A DNA stretch of 64,000 bases from Takakia lepidozioides. Its lineage: Eukaryota; Plantae; Bryophyta. This document shows, one piece after another, positions 1 to 13,061 of the stretch (positions are counted from its first letter, which is position 1; each line of letters starts with the position of its first letter). The notes below the pieces were generated by a model. That model was not told the DNA's origin. It saw only the letters and a list, made by a program, of their open reading frames with translations, and did no database searches. Location of the stretch: assembly GCA_030704615.1 (NCBI GenBank), contig CM060731.1:93310001-93374000 (forward strand), given 5' to 3'. Both the position numbers and the translations under genes were made by a program.

Positions 1-670
1 AAGTTCTGCTTTCTGGTTTGACTTGTCATTCACATGGAAGTACATATCTTTGATCCTGTAGAAACAAGAAACCATACAGATGCATTTGTAAGTCTGATAC
101 CACAGGAAGGGCAGCTAATAGACATCATAGTGTGGGGTGCAGGAATGTAATACAATTAGAGCAACAAGCAGGGGCAGAATACATACGTCTCTGAAAAAGA
201 CTTTTTGGTCTTCTTATGCAAATTGGAGACTGCAATCCTGGCTGCAAGCTGCATTCAGGAACACCAAATGGTAAATGCAGTACCTCACTGGTATCAACCA
301 GACTGCCTGATATAGCCTCGGCTCATGTCCAGCTCTCATTCCAAATGGAGCATGGCAATCTGCTCATCAGCATCACTCTAATAGTGTTTACACGGTGAGC
401 ACAAGTCAACAAAGAGTTGCAACCTCTCAGCACCTAATCAGAAATGTAGTTTGTATGCACATGCCAGATGCTTCTCCTAATAATACATATTATAAGGAAC
501 TTACTGGCTGCTTCAGGTCAATGCAAAATGTGTGTGTGTGTGGAGAGAGAGAAATGAAATGAAATGAAATGGTGCTTTATAACGTCCGCGGAAAGCTCAT
601 AGAGCTTATGGGACAAAATGGAAGAGAACATGAGAGAGGAAACAAAAAACCAGAGCGAAGGATAAAAACT

Positions 671-697
<27 letters not shown>
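671..697. repeat. (AG)n microsatellite in RNR1 intron 1
   Basis: Direct; a (TG)n/(GAAAT)n tract is also present at ~529-570. Confidence 0.9.
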
Positions 698-701
<4 letters not shown>

Positions 702-714
702 TTCCAGGACTCAC

Positions 715-942
715 AATTGCATAGTCAGGATGGTTGGTAGTCATGGCCGCAGCAGTCTCAGCAGCCAATTCATCGAGCTGGCTGGTGGTGACTCCCTTGT
801 AAACCCCCATACACACTTTCTGAGCAACTAGCACCGGTTCACAGTGATCTGGGTGCAAGCCATAGCTCAGCTTCTTCAGCCGTGCGGTGATTTTGTCAAA
901 ATGTACGGACTCCTGCCTGCCGTCTCTTTTTATCACATACAT
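715..942 (-). CDS. RNR1: Ribonucleoside-diphosphate reductase large subunit, first coding exon (ATP-cone)
   Basis: [29 protein letters not shown]...[24 protein letters not shown] is the eukaryotic R1 N-terminus; GTGAGT donor at 714; gene continues off the left edge. Confidence 0.95.
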
Positions 943-1746
943 TGTCGAAGATTTTCAAAGTTTTCCACAGCTCCCCTTTTGGTCTACGAAGCGAGAGCAC
1001 ACCCACCGGGATTGGATCCTCGCAGTCTTCTGGCTTGAAGAGAGAGTAGAACAACAGAGAACAGAATGTAGGCTCCAGCGACCAAGAAGACTACCACTCG
1101 GCAGAAGGCTTGGTAAACTTGAGATTAGACAGGTGGGTGTTCTGTGTACGTATGTAGAGAGGGGACTGGAGACATATAGACAAAGACAGAAACAGAACGA
1201 GAACGCGGGGGAAAGAGATGTGAGGATTCAAAACGGATGGCGGGCTTGAAAGTTCCCGCGCTCCAGCACAGAGGGCAGTCATGATGCCTGCCTGCCACAT
1301 CCACCCCTCCATTTTGCCCCCGTCCTGCGATTCAATGCTCTGTACGTTTGCAGCGAGGCAGCCGCACTTCCTCAACAAATCGCTGCTTCCCACTCTGCCC
1401 CCAACCAAATTTTGCGTGGCTTTCATTCAAGCACACCCACCCTAAAACACTTTTTTTTTTTTTTTTTTTAAGGGGGGGATTGTAGCCCCGACAACTTTAT
1501 TGAAGAAGAAGTAAGGAAAAAATAACCTTACATAGAGCCATAAGGCAGATTACAGAGGTACCACTCAGAAACAACTTACAGAAATCAAGGAAGATGAATC
1601 TAGACTAAGTAACCCTTACATAGTCGAAACAGGGAGAAGTGAGGAGAAAGGATAGAGCTGAAGTGTCCACCCTACAGAGATGAACCTGTCCAGCAAGAAG
1701 AAAGAGAGCATGACCTAGTCTGCCAAAAAACATCCTACATACTGCC

Positions 1747-4396
1747 TCATTTCCTCTTAGGACCCTCATAAGTAAGCTGTGTCTTTGCTTTTGCTTTCCT
1801 AGAGCCACTACGTTTGTGTCTCCAATTTATTTCCGTATCTTCGTTCTCCAGCGGAGTCTGTTTCGTTCTAGTTGAGCTTCCAACAGGCAGGGGGGAGTCT
1901 TCCCACACAATTCTTGTGTCTTCAATTCTCCTGCAGAAAACAAAGTCCTTCCCCCAAGATTCGTCGAACTTGGCAAAGAGTTGGGGTCTTCGATTGCTGT
2001 GACACTTGGAAAGAGCTGCAAGCAAAACAGACCAAGCTTTGCGAGCCTCAGACCTAAGGTCTGAGTGAGCCAGATAAAGAACTTTCTGCACACACGGCCT
2101 CTCTTTCTAATACACCACACAGCACCTCATTTTTCACAACTGCCAAAGGATTATCCGCCTGAGAGATTCCCACACTGGACAAGAAGAGTGCATTCTGTCA
2201 TTCTTAACATTAAGCAGCAAAACCGAGGGAGATGAATCTAAGTCAGAAGACGAGAAAGAGTATAGAGAAAGGGCCTTGTCCCAAACAACTCGAGCGAAAG
2301 GGCACAACACCAAGGCATGTTCCAAATCTTCATTAGCAGCCAAGTTGCAAGAAACACATTGCGAAGGTGAATCTTCAAAGTTAGCTGCCACTCGCAAGAT
2401 TCTATTAACCACCTTCCACAGGAAAGCCGTTATCTTAGCAGATCTGTGTTTTTTCCAGATGTCTCCCCAAACTAGTTTCCACGGCGGGATCATGTCATTT
2501 ATTCATCCATATACACTCCCCAGGGTCAAACTGTAGCAGCTTAAGGGGGGCTGATAAAAACCAGCAGAAATTCTCACCATACTATTTCAAATCCATCGGA
2601 GGCAATGGGTTGGGGTTGCCTGAGAGTTTACAAAAAACCCTTATTTCAAAGCAATTGCAGCCTTGTGGAATACTCACTGACTTTGGAAGGAGAAGGTTAT
2701 CATCTTTACTCACCTCAAAACCAGTGCCATGTAAACCAAAGCTATCCTGTGCAATAGCATAAATGGCCTTGGGTTGGGAATCCATACAATACCCCAACCA
2801 ACCGGGAAGAGGCTGCAGGTGAGGTTCAGCCAGTATTCTTGTCCAGTTGTCAGGGAGATCTCCCATAACTGCATTCCAACCAGCATTAACTCTTTGTTTG
2901 GACAGTTGCTTCGCAGCAGATTCAGAAGAGATAAGGGACAAGAAGTTGTCATCCTAGAAATGAATAATATGGGCTAAACCTGCAGCTTCCCATTCCGCCC
3001 ATCGTTTAGAACAAGGAATCAGAGCTTCTTTATCCCGATTATAATTCCCAAAGAGAGGTTGTCTCAACACATGGCTAAAGGAAGAGGGACTTAGCTGAAC
3101 CAGGAATGGACGCAATTTGCACCATGCCATCCAGATTGACTGCCACGCCCTTGAACCCAACCCAGGGTCTTCATTGAGCTTCCCACCTTGCATGATCCAC
3201 CTAAGTGAATGAGCCCATTTATCACTGGAACGCGGGGTGGCAGCCAGAAAGTTGAGTCTAACCAGCCGACTCCAAGGGCTTGAAAGGTGAGTAAGTGCAC
3301 GGGGAACCCATTTGGCAAGCAAAGCAGTGATCTGCGCTTGGGGGTCTAGCACCCCAAGACCCCCATTTTTTTTGCTTTGAGTAAGCTGATCCCAGCTTAC
3401 CAAGGCTCTTTTGGATGAGGCAGCGGGAGTAGCACCCCAAATAAAGTTCCTCATAAGGGATTTTACCTTTCTTATTATGAGAGCTCCCGGCGACCAAACG
3501 GAAGCCAAAAACCACAGTGAAGCCAAGAGCACTTGGTTAACAATTAAAGCTCTACCCACGAGCGACAGATGCAAGGAACACCAATGTGCAAGCTTCCTTT
3601 TAAGATTTGTAAGGACCGCAGCAAACCTGGTGTCATCTGAGAGATCAGTTCCCACCAACTGACCTAAGAGCTCGTGCGATTCCCCATCCAATAGCCATCT
3701 TAAACCAAATTCAATGCCCCATGGGGCAGTGTGAGCTGCAATAGATGGGTCTGCCAGTCGATTTAATAAACCAACAAATTTATTCCAATTGATTTTGAGA
3801 CCCGAGGCTGCACAGAATGCCTTCAATGAGTTGAGAGCCGCATGGACATTGGAAAGAGAAGAGTTGTTAATGAACAAGGATTCAGCATATAGCGAAGAGC
3901 GAATGGAAGAGGAAAAGTCATTCAGGGAATTAGGAACAACCAGACCGAAGGAGTCTTTTCTCTTATACAGTAAGTGACCCAAACCATCTGCTGCTATAAG
4001 AAAAAGAAAGGGGGATGGCGGACACCCTTGTCTTATAGATTTGAACAGAGGGAAGGGTTTGGAGACCACGCCATTGACCACCACTCTATTGGAAGTTGCA
4101 GAAAGAAGGATTTGAATCCATTTAAGGAAGTTCCCTTTGATCACAACAGCTTCTAGGGCTTTCAAAAGATAGTCCCAATTAATGTTATCAAAGGACTTTT
4201 CGAAGTCCAACATTAACAGAGCTATAGGTTGGTTATCAATGCGAGCCAGATGTAGTGCCTCATTGGTAAGAAGAATGTTATCAAGGATCATTCTGTTTTT
4301 CAGGAACCCTGACTGCTCTGGTCTGATTAACTTTTGCAACAAGGGTTGCAAACGGCGAGCAAGAGCCTTTGCAATTATTTTGTAAGTAGGTTGCAC
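1747..4396 (-). pseudogene. LINE ORF2 reverse transcriptase and C-terminal zinc-binding region
   Basis: YKIIAKALARRL, EQSGF, LDFEKSFD, RQGCPPSP, degenerate YADD (YAES), GGLG, CVSC..EDLEHALVLCP; stops and frameshifts. Confidence 0.9.
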
Positions 4397-5581
4397 GGTG
4401 GAACCCCACTATTTCCTCCTCTCGTGGACGAACGGCGATACTGGTATCTCCGACCATTGTTGGTTCAATAAACAAAGTAGAAATCTGGATCCAGGGTCGT
4501 GTCCAATGCCTTTTCACGGACCCCTCCTCGCCCTTTGGCCCCACTGCTTTCATAAATGTGTATGCGCCGAATCTATCTCAGGAAAGAGCTGTTCTCTGGG
4601 ATGCTATCAGAGATAAAATTACCAGTTTTCCCAATGTTCAGAATTGGGTCCTAGTTGGGGATTTTAACATGGTAGATAATTATAATGATAGCCTGCAGCA
4701 TGCCTCACATTTTTTGTCTGATGAAGAGCAAGTTGCTTGGGATATGTTATGTTTCTCAGTTGGATTGGTGGATATCCTTTCAGACTCCTCCTCTGGATTA
4801 AGATTCACATGGTCCAATTTGAGGAATCCTCCCGACCTTTGTATGGCTCGGCTGGACAGAATTTACTGTTCTCAGTCCCCCCTGCCTAGTCTAAAGGTAT
4901 GGCTCAGACCCCTATACTAGCGGACTTTGATCATGCCATGGTTGTTGCGGAGTTCTATCTACCTGGACTGCATGCTAGAGGTCGAGGTTATTTTAAACTC
5001 AACCCAAGCATTCTGAAAAAACAAGACTGTCTACAGAAGCTGAAAAAGGAATGGATGGAAGCAGGGGCTGGGTTTCACTCCCCCTCCATTTCCTTTTTAA
5101 ATAAACTTTAGGCTACACGCAGATTGGCTCAAGACCTTTCCCGCTCTGTTGCTGCTGAAAGAACACAGCATCATAAGGCATTAACTAAATGCCTGCTGCA
5201 TTGCCAAAGAAGAATTGAAGGGGGGAATCATGGTGTAATTACAATGGAATCTTATCTTGCAGCTAAACGTAATTTGGCAGTACTGGATGCTGAAAAGGAG
5301 GAATTCCTTCGTATTAGAGCGGGAGTGAATTGGTCGTTGAAGGGGGAGAAGATGACTGGTTATTTCTTCCAGAAAGCAAAACAGCGAAGGGAAGCAACGC
5401 ACTTTCACGCGATTACAAACCACAGCGGGGTGACCTTTTCCTAACCCAAGGAGATGGCTGTCGCAGCTGCAGACCACTTTGCCAAGCTCTTTTCTACTTC
5501 TCAAGAAGAAGTTAACTTGCTGGAATTTTGTTCTGAGGTTATCCAATCCTTCCCAAGCCTTCTCTCTGTTGACGAGCAGAA
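4397..5581 (+). pseudogene. Inverted segment of LINE ORF2 (endonuclease C-part and linker)
   Basis: NVYAPN, VGDFN, FTW, RLDRIY, DH, YFKLN, GEKMTGYFF motifs on + while both flanking ORF2 parts are on -. Confidence 0.85.
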
Positions 5582-5764
5582 TGGCCAGAAGTTGTTTCCA
5601 ATTTATCTGATCTTAACATCATCTAACTTAGTTTCTTGGAGAAAAATGATAGCTGAAGTAGACATAAGGGAAGAAGCCCACAATTTTACTCGTCGTCTTT
5701 TAGGCATAGTGGTATCCGAGCGCATACCACGTATGTTCCAAGAGAATAGGGACCAGGTCATGTG
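5582..5764 (-). pseudogene. LINE ORF2 endonuclease N-terminus
   Basis: SWNIRGM...IIFLQETK APE motifs. Confidence 0.85.
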
Positions 5765-6424
5765 GGGAATTTTTCCCAGCCCGTTGGTGAGATCCAACGA
5801 ATTGAAGGCTGATCAGACAGAGCCAGGGAAAGCTAGAGATGAAGAAAGGGAATTGCAGAAATGAGAGAGTCCAGCCAAAGTTTGACCGAGAAAAGCCCTT
5901 TAACTTTGCAAGAGAGGGAAGAAACAGGGCATAGCAACTGTCCACAAATGACAATAGTGGGGAGGAATAGAATAGTCCTAGAGGGAGAACTGCAACACAT
6001 ATGAAGCTTGGTTTTATAACAGTAGATAGGTCTCAGAAAGAGGGAAGAGAAAGAAGTGGGGGAAAGAGAGAGAAGCGAGTGAGAGCAGCAGAGATTATTC
6101 GAGCTCACCGGGGATGGGGCAGTGATGGCCAGATCCATAATGGTGAAGAACTTGTCACTTGATGGAGGTTCGTCCTCTGGATTCCTTTGGGAGTAATGGA
6201 ACTCCTCTACAATCTCCATTCCTGCTCCATAAATTGAAGCCAAGAATTTTCTGTTCCCCACATCTCCAAAACCCTCTGGAATGTTCTTTCCAGACAACCA
6301 AGTTAGTGCAGAGGAGGAGTTGTCCAAGAGTAGTTGGAGTTTGCGCATGGTAGGGAGGAGTTGGACACTGTAATCTCCAGAGGTGCTTTGGTGCCGGAAA
6401 GCACCGAAGAAAATTGGTGTACCT

Positions 6425-7875
6425 TCATTGAGGAAGATTAGGAAGATAATGCAAGAAGATGCTACTGATTTTAGCCAAAATGACCTCCATCTCTTTTCCT
6501 GGTGAGAAAGCCACTACATCCTCTGGGAATATCCACGATCCCACGAATGTTTCCTTGCTTGTAGCCAAGATTGCATGATTACCATCAATGAGAGTAAAGA
6601 TTATAGGAGTGATGCGCACACCCAGATAAACCAGGCCATCTATAGGAGAGGGGTCATCCGGGAGATTTAGCCTGTGAAAGGACTTGAGCCGGCAGCATAA
6701 GGCTCCTAGGTTGTCCTCCTCATCAACCTTATAGATAAGAGCCTCAGCCCTGGACCTTGCAATCAGTGGAACCGGAGAGAGCAAAAATTCTCTTGCATTG
6801 AACTGGGAAGCAGAGGCAGGGGTGGACAGTACCCTAGGCCTCTTGGCCTGATGTCTATCGGACGAAGAGCCATCGTCTCGGGCAGCGTTGTTTATTCGCA
6901 CTTTGGCACTGCCACCTCCACTTGGGCCATTACCCCTCTGACCATGATGATTCATAGCAGCCTGTTCTGCTGCAACAGACGGAGTCACAACATTAGAGCT
7001 TCTGGCTTTCTTTAGCTGTGGGCAATCCACTTTAATGTGCCCTTCCCTATGACACTGGTGACAAAGCACATTAAGTGACTCTTCCAGCACAGCCACCATG
7101 ATGAACATGTTGTCCAAGGTTGGGAGTTTCAAGGATGGTTCTATGTTCATATTCTTAGGCATCCATACAACGATCTTTGGAACACCCGAATCCCAAGAAT
7201 GCTCCATGTTGGCCACCGAATCAATGATGAGGAGATCCTCTTCATCCAAGTCATCCACATTCATAGATCCAATATATGAACCAAAGTGAGCACCTATTTC
7301 ACGTAGAGATTTTAGATAGATGGCAGGGAGATAAGGCAAAGCAAGCACTTTGGGTTTACAAGTAACCCCCATTTTATAACCCCAATCAGAAGACCATGGA
7401 AATATATGGACTCGATAGCGGGACTTGCGAGTATTAAACTTGAGGGCCTTGGCAGCAAATTCCTTAGAGTTGAACAGAAAAGAAAAGAAGCCCCTTCCAA
7501 GGGGGTGACAAAAATGCTTAGTGAGGCCTCCATCCGGGCCCAAATGCTCCTGAGCCCACGTTCTGACCCAATGACGATCTCTGACCCTACCAGGAAAGAG
7601 GAGCAAGATTCCTCTTTTAGACAGCAGCAGAGAGTGATTTTTAAGACTTCCATATCCAGAGATAAGACAGGTTGGTCTTCTTTCATAACCGCCGCCTCCT
7701 CACTCCACAACTCCACCTGTCTGCCTGGAGGGGAGAGCGGGGCTGAGCCCAGAAGACCCGCACCATTTTGTTTGTAAAACCCTCCACTTTTTCGTCTCTC
7801 ACGCTGCTGTCTATTATTCCTAAACCCAGAGTTTTTGGGAGGACCTCCAAAAATGACACTTGCATTCAGAGCCAT
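6425..7875 (-). pseudogene. LINE ORF1 (RRM-like region + CX2CX4HX4C knuckle), frameshifted near the 5' end
   Basis: LGRGFFSFLF and CHQCHREGHIKVDCP in ORF 6425..7606. Confidence 0.8.
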
Positions 7876-10819
7876 AGTGATGACGGAAAAGTACACAGAG
7901 AACACGAAGCCTAGAAAAAATTACGTATAGACAGTCGACCAAGCACATTAGAAGAGGCAAGTGAGCCACAAACGTCCGAAAGAAAGACGAGCAAGGAGAG
8001 TGGAAGGAAGGAGAGGAGGAATGAGGAAGATATAAGTGGAGTGATAGGAGATAGAGGGGCGGAAAGCTGGCTCTTATCTGTATGTAGCCATACCCTTGAA
8101 GCAGAACAACACCAAGATTCGGAAAAGTAGTTGTCCGCACACATTCACTTCAAGACTTGCAGCGGGCAGTGAGGAGAGTGATTTCTTTCCTGACTGAATC
8201 CCGAGAACGATGCAGTACTTGAAGAATAAGGGACAAGGGACATAACACCCTCAAATGCAACACCCGAGGAGCAGTTACATCAACCTTGAAGAGATGAAGG
8301 GGGAAGAACACATCCAGGAGGAAGAGGAGAAGAGAGGAATCAGAAGGAGGACATTCGTTTAAAGTAGTTTTAAATGCATAGAGATGTTAGCAGCAATAGA
8401 CGTAATCCATTGCTCACCGATCGAGCCAAATCGTAGGACATAGAGGGATAGATGAGGGGATCAGGGATGCATCCGTTGAGCAGTGAGCGACGACTTGCCA
8501 GCGGCTAAGTCCTTTCTTCACTCACCGCACTTCACGGAGCTTTCGCAACGCCCTACATCATCTGCCGACCTTTTCTTTTCTTTTCAACACACTTGCATTC
8601 TTCAAATGCATTTGTGGGTCATCAGGATTTCCCCTTATTAGTAGGACTGTGCAAATTTAGGGCTAATCAGGCCCTGCTTGCCCAGTGAATCATCCCCCTT
8701 TAGACTTTTACACAGTTGAAACTGCCATGCTGTTTATAAACACACACATACTTACCTTGAACAAATCACCTGTCAATGAATGGTATGAGGTTAGTTTATG
8801 GGTTTTTTTCCTTTTTTTACAAAGGGATACACCCCACGCAACCGCTCACAAATCAGGCCCTTATTACTTATAGGGAGAGGAGAAAATAACCTCTTTCTTT
8901 TTTCTTTTTTTCTTTTTTAATTGAAAAAATCCCCCGTTCCTATCAGTGTTGGGTATTCCCCATGTGATACGCCTTTATGGCCTACATGGAGGTTATTTTT
9001 TCCCTCCGCCCTCTTGTTTTCCCCTCTTTTCAATAAACTTGGTCAGGGCCTCTGTCCCCTGTTCATAAAAATAAATAAATAATAAAATAAAAATTGAAAG
9101 GGGACGGAGGCCCTTTTTAATCAAATTATTTAAAAAGGGGCACTCACCGGGCAGTGTCCCCTTTTTTTCTTTTTTTAAAATTAAATTAAAAAAAAATGGT
9201 GTCCCCTTTGTTCCACTTCATGACGCTTATTCACAAGATTATCTTTCTTTCTTTTTTTCTCCCTTTTTGTTTTTTGTTTTTATAAAGTTATGGGGCTGAA
9301 GTTCTAGCAACGACCGAAGGTCGGAAGCTAGTTTAGCGTACAACAGATATAGGGTGCCATAGTGTCTCATCATCGTTACCATATCATCGTCGCCACGTTT
9401 TGTAGATACGTCATTGTCGTCGTCAAATTTTTTATATCTGCCCGGACTACCCAAAAGTAACTGTCTTGCAGCGCGGGGAAGGGATGCCCCCCCGTGCTAG
9501 AGCGCGGAGGGGTTTCACACACTGATCTGCGTAGGTAGATGGTCAACTGGAAACAGCAGCGGCAACAGCGAAAATTGATAGAAAAAGGCACTGCTAATGA
9601 AGGTACCTTCTTCAACACATTTCAGCCTATTTTTCCCTATTATCAAAGTCGGCCCTAAATTTTCATGTTGAATTCGGCAAGTTCCTTGCTTTTCTGCTTT
9701 TCCTCATTGCATATTTGGAGTAGCATTGTGCAACTCCTTCTGGGCTTGCATATTGCTCCTCTCTCTTCCTGTTAATTTCTCCCAAAGACTCTTAAATCAC
9801 CCATGCGCTATTACAGGCACAGTAGAGAATCCGTCAACTCAATGTAATCTGGGGTGCGGTTGCTAAGGGATGTGGTTGTGGACACAGGGTTGTCAAAGAT
9901 GTGGATCATGCGATGCAGTTGTCACAGTCGAATGAAGCTCCCATCACACAGGTGGGAGTGATCATTGTGCATTTTCTGTTTGCCGAAACCTGTGAGTGTT
10001 TGTCTCTACCATTGTGTTGAGGGAACAAAAGACGGGCCTCTGTTTTGTTAGGATTTCAGTGTGCAGCTTATGCTTGTGCTGGTGAGTTAGGGATAAGAAT
10101 GAATTTCTCAATTGCCGCATTAATTCACTGAAGTACCTCCTCAAACACCATCATAGTGAAACTTTTTCAAACACTTTACATTTGCTAGGGGCCCTTTAAT
10201 GTTGTCACGATTTCCTTGTCGCTAGAAATGTCATGGCTACTGGGGTTATGCACAATTGCCAATAGTGGAGGATGTAGTCTTCACCCTTTTTTTTGCTCTG
10301 AGAGTGTAAAGCCTAATGAGCTCCCTTCTATGTCCACCATGCAAGATGGCCTTATATGTTGGATGTCACCCATTAGGCTATGTATTTGACTTTGTAAATG
10401 ACATCAGTGGGGTATGTTTGTGCAAAGACTACACGTAGATGAAGAGTATTGTAGATATAACCAAAGGAGGGTCATAGACAAGGATACACAGAGGATGGCT
10501 CGGACCACGTGTTGATTTTGGATTTCAAACTTAACTGTTGCATAATATCTCTTAGGACTATCTGTAGTTGGAGAATGAGGTATGCCACACCTGGCTCCTT
10601 TGGATGCAAACTACAAACTCTCCTCCACATTGCCCATGCTGCTAAATTTGCTATTCTGACATACTTGTCTGTTGATAAAGACATATTCCAGCTTTCAAGT
10701 GCGTTAGTAAATGCTCAGTATTCCATTGAGATAAGAGTATGCACCTTCTTCTTCGACCTATTTCAGCCTGTTTTGCCCTCTCATCAGACTCGGCCCTGAG
10801 ATGCATACTGAATTGTCAA

Positions 10820-11962
10820 GGACAATGTGGTGAGGGCACCTTGATGTGGTGAGCAAATGATGCGCGAAGGGGTGAAGCCCAACCACATCACGTTCATTTG
10901 TGTTTGCAATGCGTGTGCAAGCCTGGGAGCCCTGGAAAAGGGGAAGAGGTCCATGATGACATTGTCAAAGCTGGAATTGTACCAGATGTCATTGTGAACA
11001 CTACCCTGGTGGACATGTATGCCAAATGTGGGTGCATTAAGGATGCAAAGGGAGTTTTCAATAGTTTGGCTGAACGAGATGTGGTGTCATGGAACACGAT
11101 GCTTGCAGGGTATCCACAGCAGGGACGTGGTATGGAGGCTTTGGAGACCTATGGATCAAATGATGGGGGAAGGGGTGAAGCCCAACCACATCACGTTTTT
11201 GTGCATTTGCAATGCGTGTGCAAGCCTGGCAGCTCTGGAAAAAGGCAAAGAGATCCATGGCGACATGGTCAGAGCTGCAGTTGTACCAAATGTCATTCTG
11301 AACAATACCCTCGTGGACATGTATGAAGGGAGTGTTCGACAGTATGGCTGAATGAGATGTGGTGTCGTGGAGTGCGATGATTGCAGGATATGCACAGCAA
11401 GTGCGCGGGATGGAGGCTTTGGAGACCTATGAGCAAATGATGTGCGAAGGGGGGTGAAGCCCAACCACATGACGTTTGTTTGCATTTGCAATGCATGTGC
11501 AAGCCTGGCAGCCCTGGAAAAGTGCAAAGAGGTCCATGGTGACATTACAAATGTGGAATGGTACCCGATGTCATTCTGAACATTGCCTTGGTGGACATGT
11601 ATGTCAAATGTGGGTGCATCGAGGATGCAAATGGACTGTTTGACAGTATGGGTGAACGTGATGTGGTGTCGTGGAGTGTGATGATTGCAAGATATGCACA
11701 GCAAACGTGCGGGATGGAGGCTTTGGAGACCTATGAGCAAATGATGGGGGAAGGAGTGAAGCCCAACCATATCACGTTTGTTTGCGTTTGCAATGTGTGT
11801 GCATGCCTGGCAGCCCTGGAAAAGGGCCAAGAAGTGCATGGTTGCATCGCCAAAGCTGGAATTGTACCAGATACGATTCTGAACAATACCCTTGTGGACA
11901 TGTATGCCAAATGTGGGAGCATTGAGGATGCGGAGGGAGTGTTCAACAGTATGGCTGAATGA
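10820..11962 (+). pseudogene. PLS-class pentatricopeptide repeat gene fragment (frameshifted)
   Basis: Repeated P-L-S triplets: GVKPNHITFVCICNACASLAALEKGKEIH / NTLVDMYAKCG / DVVSW; several frameshifts, no E/DYW tail seen. Confidence 0.9.
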
Positions 11963-12397
11963 GATTTGGGAGGGCAACAAAGCCGTGAGCAGAACCTGTG
12001 AGCAGATTCCTGGATGCGTGAGCAGATTTCGCTTACGGACCCCAAAACCGTGGGAACAAGTGGGCCTATTGCCGTGGACGCCAACTTCACTGCAACGATG
12101 CAATCTCCGCTCCATCGGACCGAAGACAGACAGGCTCCATGACGACAAAGTGGCACGAATGCACGATGAAACATTCATGGATGAATGGATTTGGGATGGA
12201 CGTAAAAGTGAAATGGATGAACATTGGATGAAGCACGGATGAAAAGTTGTCCAGATGAGGGGCCTATGTAGACTCTATGAGCATGTCTCGTGAGGGATCA
12301 GCAAGCGCAGGGACCAGGCATTAAGGTGTGGATCTTAAATCGCATGCTCAGCATGAGATATGAACCCATGAAAATCGTTGCAAGAAAAAAAAAAATC

Positions 12398-12970
12398 TTG
12401 CCTGGAAAAAACCATAGTGGGGAGTTGTAATCCTGCTTAGGGAAGCACGAATTAAGATGTCGTCAACGACATCTTAATCCCCTGCCTTGTTTGGACATAG
12501 GAATTTCACCAAACAGGATACAACACAATAAACATATATATATATATATATATGTAAGCCCAAAAATGGAGAAAGGTTTGGGTTTACTTGAACAAAGTGG
12601 ATCCATGAAGAGTGACTGGTCTCATTTGCAATAGTGGATCTATTAAAAAACATTGGTGAACTCGCGATAGTGGAGCATATAACAAAATATTGCCTGGAGA
12701 AAACCATAGGGGGGAGCTGTAATCCTGCTCAAGGAAGCACGAATTAAGATGTCGTCAACGACATCTTAATCCCATGCCCTGTTTGGACATGGGAATTTCA
12801 CCAAACACGATAAAAGACCCAAAAAATAATAAATAAATAAATAAAAGCCCATAAATGGAGAAAGGTTTGGGTTTACTTGAGCAAAGTGGATCCATGAAGA
12901 GTGACTGGTCTCATTTCCAATAGTGGATCAATTAAGAAACATTGTTGAACTCACGATAGTGGAGCATATC
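12398..12970. repeat. Two-copy ~290-bp tandem duplication, each with a 28-bp hairpin ATTAAGATGTCGT-CA-ACGACATCTTAAT
   Basis: Direct comparison of ~12398-12689 with ~12690-12970. Confidence 0.85.
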
Positions 12971-13061
12971 AAAGTAATTCAGCAAAGTGGAGTCATTGAC
13001 ACATACAGAACTCCGAGAAAACACATCAGATGTCAACTATCATATCTCTCTGCAGGAGTGT

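Larger units (their letters stand above)
1451..8585 (-). mobile_element. L1-clade LINE, near full length, degenerate, with internal inversion
   Basis: Poly(A) tail (T-run 1451-1469), ORF1 with CCHC knuckle, APE endonuclease, RT and zf-RVT remnants; 5' boundary approximate. Confidence 0.9.

Noticed and set aside
1200-1262. E2F sites upstream of RNR1
   Set aside because: Only imperfect matches (GTTCCCGCG) to TTTSSCGC; plausible but not supportable
1441-8592. LINE target-site duplication
   Set aside because: Only a short AACAC/ACACTT match is visible; too weak to fix boundaries
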